Shown here piece by piece: positions 60,759-64,000 of a DNA stretch of 64,000 nt. The stretch is from Hormiphora californensis (lineage: Eukaryota > Animalia > Ctenophora). The notes under the pieces were generated by a model. The model searched no databases, was not told the DNA's origin, and saw only the letters and a list, made by a program, of their open reading frames with translations. The stretch lies in the NCBI GenBank assembly GCA_020137815.1, contig CM035361.1:3968001-4032000 (forward strand). The letters run 5' to 3'. The position numbers were made by a program, and so were the translations under genes. Each line of letters begins with the position of its first letter. Positions within the stretch are counted from its first letter, which is position 1.

Positions 60759-61217
60759 GAGGAAGAGAGGACGCACCGGCCCGCCAAAGAACTGAGAAGC
60801 ATCGAAGAGAAAGCGAGGGGGAGCTGAGAGATCGAGAGCTAAGAGGAACCGAGAAGAGAGAAGAGAGAGAGGATCGAGAAGAGAGAATGGTGAGAGAGAG
60901 AAACAAGCGCGGTTAAGGGGCGAGGAGTGACGACCGAGTTTAAAAGGAGACAGAGAGAGCAGAGAGAGAGAGAGGAAGAGAAGAGGGGAAAAAAAGAAGG
61001 AGAGACGAGAGAGAGAAGAGAAAAGAGGGGAATGGGAAGAAAAGAAGCGAGAAAAGGGGGGGGGGGTAGGAGATAGAAAATTTAACACTGTCATGGGTGG
61101 GGACTGTATGTAAAGAAGAAAACCAAAGGGGAGTGTAGGGTAGAAAAATACCAGAGAAGAGAGAGAGAGAGAAGAGAGAGAAGAAAAGAAGAGAGGGGAG
61201 AGAGGAGAGAGAAAAGG

Positions 61218-61248
<31 letters not shown>

Positions 61249-61386
61249 AGCGAAGAAGAGAGAGAGAGAGAGAGAGGAAGGACGAGCGAGAGGAGAGGAG
61301 AGGAGAGAGGAGAGGGGAGAGTAGAGCGGAGGAAACCCCGGGAGCGGATCTCCAGAATCCTTTCTCTAGTCTCTCTTTTCCTCTTT

Positions 61387-61423
<37 letters not shown>

Positions 61424-61635
61424 ATTCTCTTTTTCCGCGTAAAAACGGCGCCGTTAACGGCGTTGTTTCTGCAATTCCAATTGCTCGCCAAAAATGAGTT
61501 GCAGAAACAACGCCGTTAACGGCGCCGTTCTTTACGTGCGCGGCTGTTTCTTGCATAAACGACGCCGTTCGTCACCGTTAACGGAGTAGAACGGCGTCGT
61601 TTGTGCAACAAACGGCGAGCGCGTGTTTACTAGGG
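60505..61635. mobile_element. Fold-back MITE with CCC..GGG termini and TA TSD around a (GA)n core
   Basis: ~200-bp arms ccctagtaaacacgcgctcgc; centre is a noisy GA-rich tract. Confidence 0.85.
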
Positions 61636-61829
61636 TATACCTTACAATTTAGGATAAGGGATGGTTTAAGAGAGATTAAAGGGGTTGGTATGCGGTCGAG
61701 TGGGACAGTTAGGTAGGGGGGGGGGGGGGGGCGGGGGTGGTGAATGGTGCGAATTGTGGGAATGAGGTTATGAGATGATATGCGAGGAATTCTCTGTCCT
61801 GATCTGTCTCAAATTGGTAATACACTTAC

Positions 61830-63440
61830 CAATTTTATCACACTTTGGTACATCACTTGACCAAGATCCATCATCCTGACAAGTCAGTGTTGTACTTCCA
61901 ACTAGGATATGGGTGGCAGCACATTCGATATTGATAGTTGTCCCTGTTTGTGAGGCAGTCCAGTTTCCTTGTGTACTTGATCCCTCAACAGTAAAGGCTG
62001 GACACTCTGGTGCTGAATGGAAATAGTTATTGGTGTGAGTTCATTGTAATTTACAAAAAGTATCAGTGCCGTTTACCTGCTCTGTATGCTCCACATCGCC
62101 ACCAACCCACGTTGGAACACATTCACTATCTGAACTATCTGCGAACAGGTAGTTTAGCACCTCCACATTGTTACATGTGATGATGAGGGCATTCTCCGTT
62201 TTAGTGATGGTCCAGATCTTTTCCACATCCACCGGGGGTTGCACTGGCAGGTCTGTATAGGCGATGCAGTAGCCTATGTAGTACCGCATTGGGAAGGAAA
62301 ACTGTACAGCCACCCCACTTATCTTGCTGCTTTTATTGTCGTACACCCCTATCGAGAACTTCTGATCATCACTGTCCAGTGCCGAGTCTGTCTTTATCTG
62401 TAGGGGTGTTCCTTCCAGGTCCCAGGGTATGAGGATATCCCGCTCTATAGGTTTCCATTCTGAAATGCATAGTCCGATTTATATGCCGTCCTTACCCGAC
62501 AAGGCCAAGGCAGTAGAACTGACACTGACGAAGAAAAAAGGAGAATGAACTCACCAATTTTATCACACTGTGGTACATCAGCTGACCACGATCCATCCTC
62601 CTGACAAGTCAGTGTTTCACTTCCGTTTAGCTTGTGGTTGGCATCACATTCGATGGTGGTAGTTGTCCCTGTTGGTGAGGCAGGCCAGTTTCCTTTTGTT
62701 GATCCCTCAACAGTAAAGCCAGGACACTCAATTGGTTCTGCAGAATGAAAATAGAAATGGGCGTGAGTTTAGTGTAATTTAAAGGTGATATGTTTGATCT
62801 GCATATTAGAAAGCCGCTAGCATAAGTGTAGCGAAAAAAGGAGCATTATACCTGCTCTGTAAAAATCAGACGCTGTGTCATAGCTTCCACTAAACGAGAT
62901 GTGCTCCACAACATTACCACCCAAAATTGTAACACAGCGGGTATCGGAACTATCTGCGAACAGGTAGTTCACCACCTCAACATCATTGCATGTGATGATG
63001 AGGGCGGTCTGTGTTTTGGTGATCGTCCAGATCTTTTCCACCTCAGTACTTTAACTTATACTTCACTGGGGAAGAGAACTCAACTACCATATTACTGATA
63101 ACGCTGTCCTTGCCGTTCATATTCACTCTGATTCGCTCACCACTGCCTACTACGGAGTCAGTCTTTATCTGGAGGGGTGTTCCCTCCAGGTCCCAGGGTA
63201 TACTTACAGCCTTCTTTACAGCTGTCCAATCTGAAATGTATAATAAAGAAACTAAGATCACTAAAAGTAATCTAGTGCAAACAAATGTATCATGTTATCG
63301 AACATTTTATAAAAATATCACACACTACAATTCTACATAGCATTACATACATATTTGATATTTGACATGATATGTGACGAACCTGCAGTGAGAACAGCTG
63401 TTCCACACAATGCAGCTGTGAAGAGAAGACGGCGTATCAT
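61830..63440 (-). pseudogene. Signal peptide + (TPLQIKTDS domain + sushi) x2, frameshifted
   Basis: Exons 63440-63383, 63230-62852, ~62738-62555, ~62459-62077 and ~62013-61830. The first domain exon lacks the C..LPVQPP segment and is frameshifted at ~63042. The second lacks the DTASD segment, which breaks splice phase. Confidence 0.78.
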
Positions 63441-64000
63441 GTTTGTCATCAGAAGGAGACGAATGAAATAAACATAACAAAACTATATCAGGAGTCAGTA
63501 AGGAGTGGTAATTGGTGACATATAGACACCTGGCGCGACCCCAGCTCAATCTTGGTCGCGCACGGTGTCTATGTCATGTCACCAAGAGTGGTAAAAAGGG
63601 GGGGGGGCTTGGTAAAACCCAGACTAATATGACCCTCGTTAGGTTTTCAGATATTTCCCACAGTCATAGCTCCATTCCCTGACAGGATAATGACTTGAAA
63701 TTTCGAAGAACATGATAAGATCTTTATAGTTCATAGCCTCCAAATTTCAAGTATCTTTCCTGTCAGGGGGTGGAGCTATGCACGTCTTAACGTTTAAAAT
63801 CCTGTCGCGTGTAGAAAGGCGTCAGGTCTAGTTTTAGGCTCGTTTCGGGTCAGATGACATAAAAGCTCCGCGGTTTGGTCGACTATATCCAAAAAAAAGG
63901 AGCGTATGGGGAAAACAGTCGTGCCTGATCCTCAGCTTCAGGCCACAGCTATTTTCACTAAGACCTGAGATCTCACGTTTCAGTGACGGCCATTCCCTGA

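Overview
Eukaryotic, intron-containing, very transposon-rich DNA, most probably from a cydippid ctenophore (Pleurobrachia/Hormiphora-like). That assignment rests on recall, not a search: a ctenophore-type spliced-leader exon, ctenophore-type MITEs and the ctenophore-expanded 'TPLQIKTDS' domain. Host genes: an ~817-aa secreted acidic/Pro-repeat protein with a central F-type-lectin-like domain (10177-12948, -), an 8-exon nucleoside hydrolase (45499-48676, +), a pentraxin-domain gene (52437-53955, +), and two genes or pseudogenes combining an uncharacterised ~145-aa domain with sushi modules (-). Mobile DNA: an intact full-length single-ORF APE-RT-RNase H LINE with a 12-bp TSD, a truncated LINE, several piggyBac derivatives, nested fold-back elements, and hAT, Harbinger, Kolobok, Tc1/mariner and Helentron-type non-autonomous elements. 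Top finding: a complete spliced-leader (SL) RNA gene (55192-55316, -) about 330 bp downstream of a solitary 5S rRNA gene on the same strand. The window also has an SL-like relic inside a MITE and unpaired splice acceptors just before two ATGs. About 25-31 kb and 60.8-61.4 kb look like error-rich assembly.
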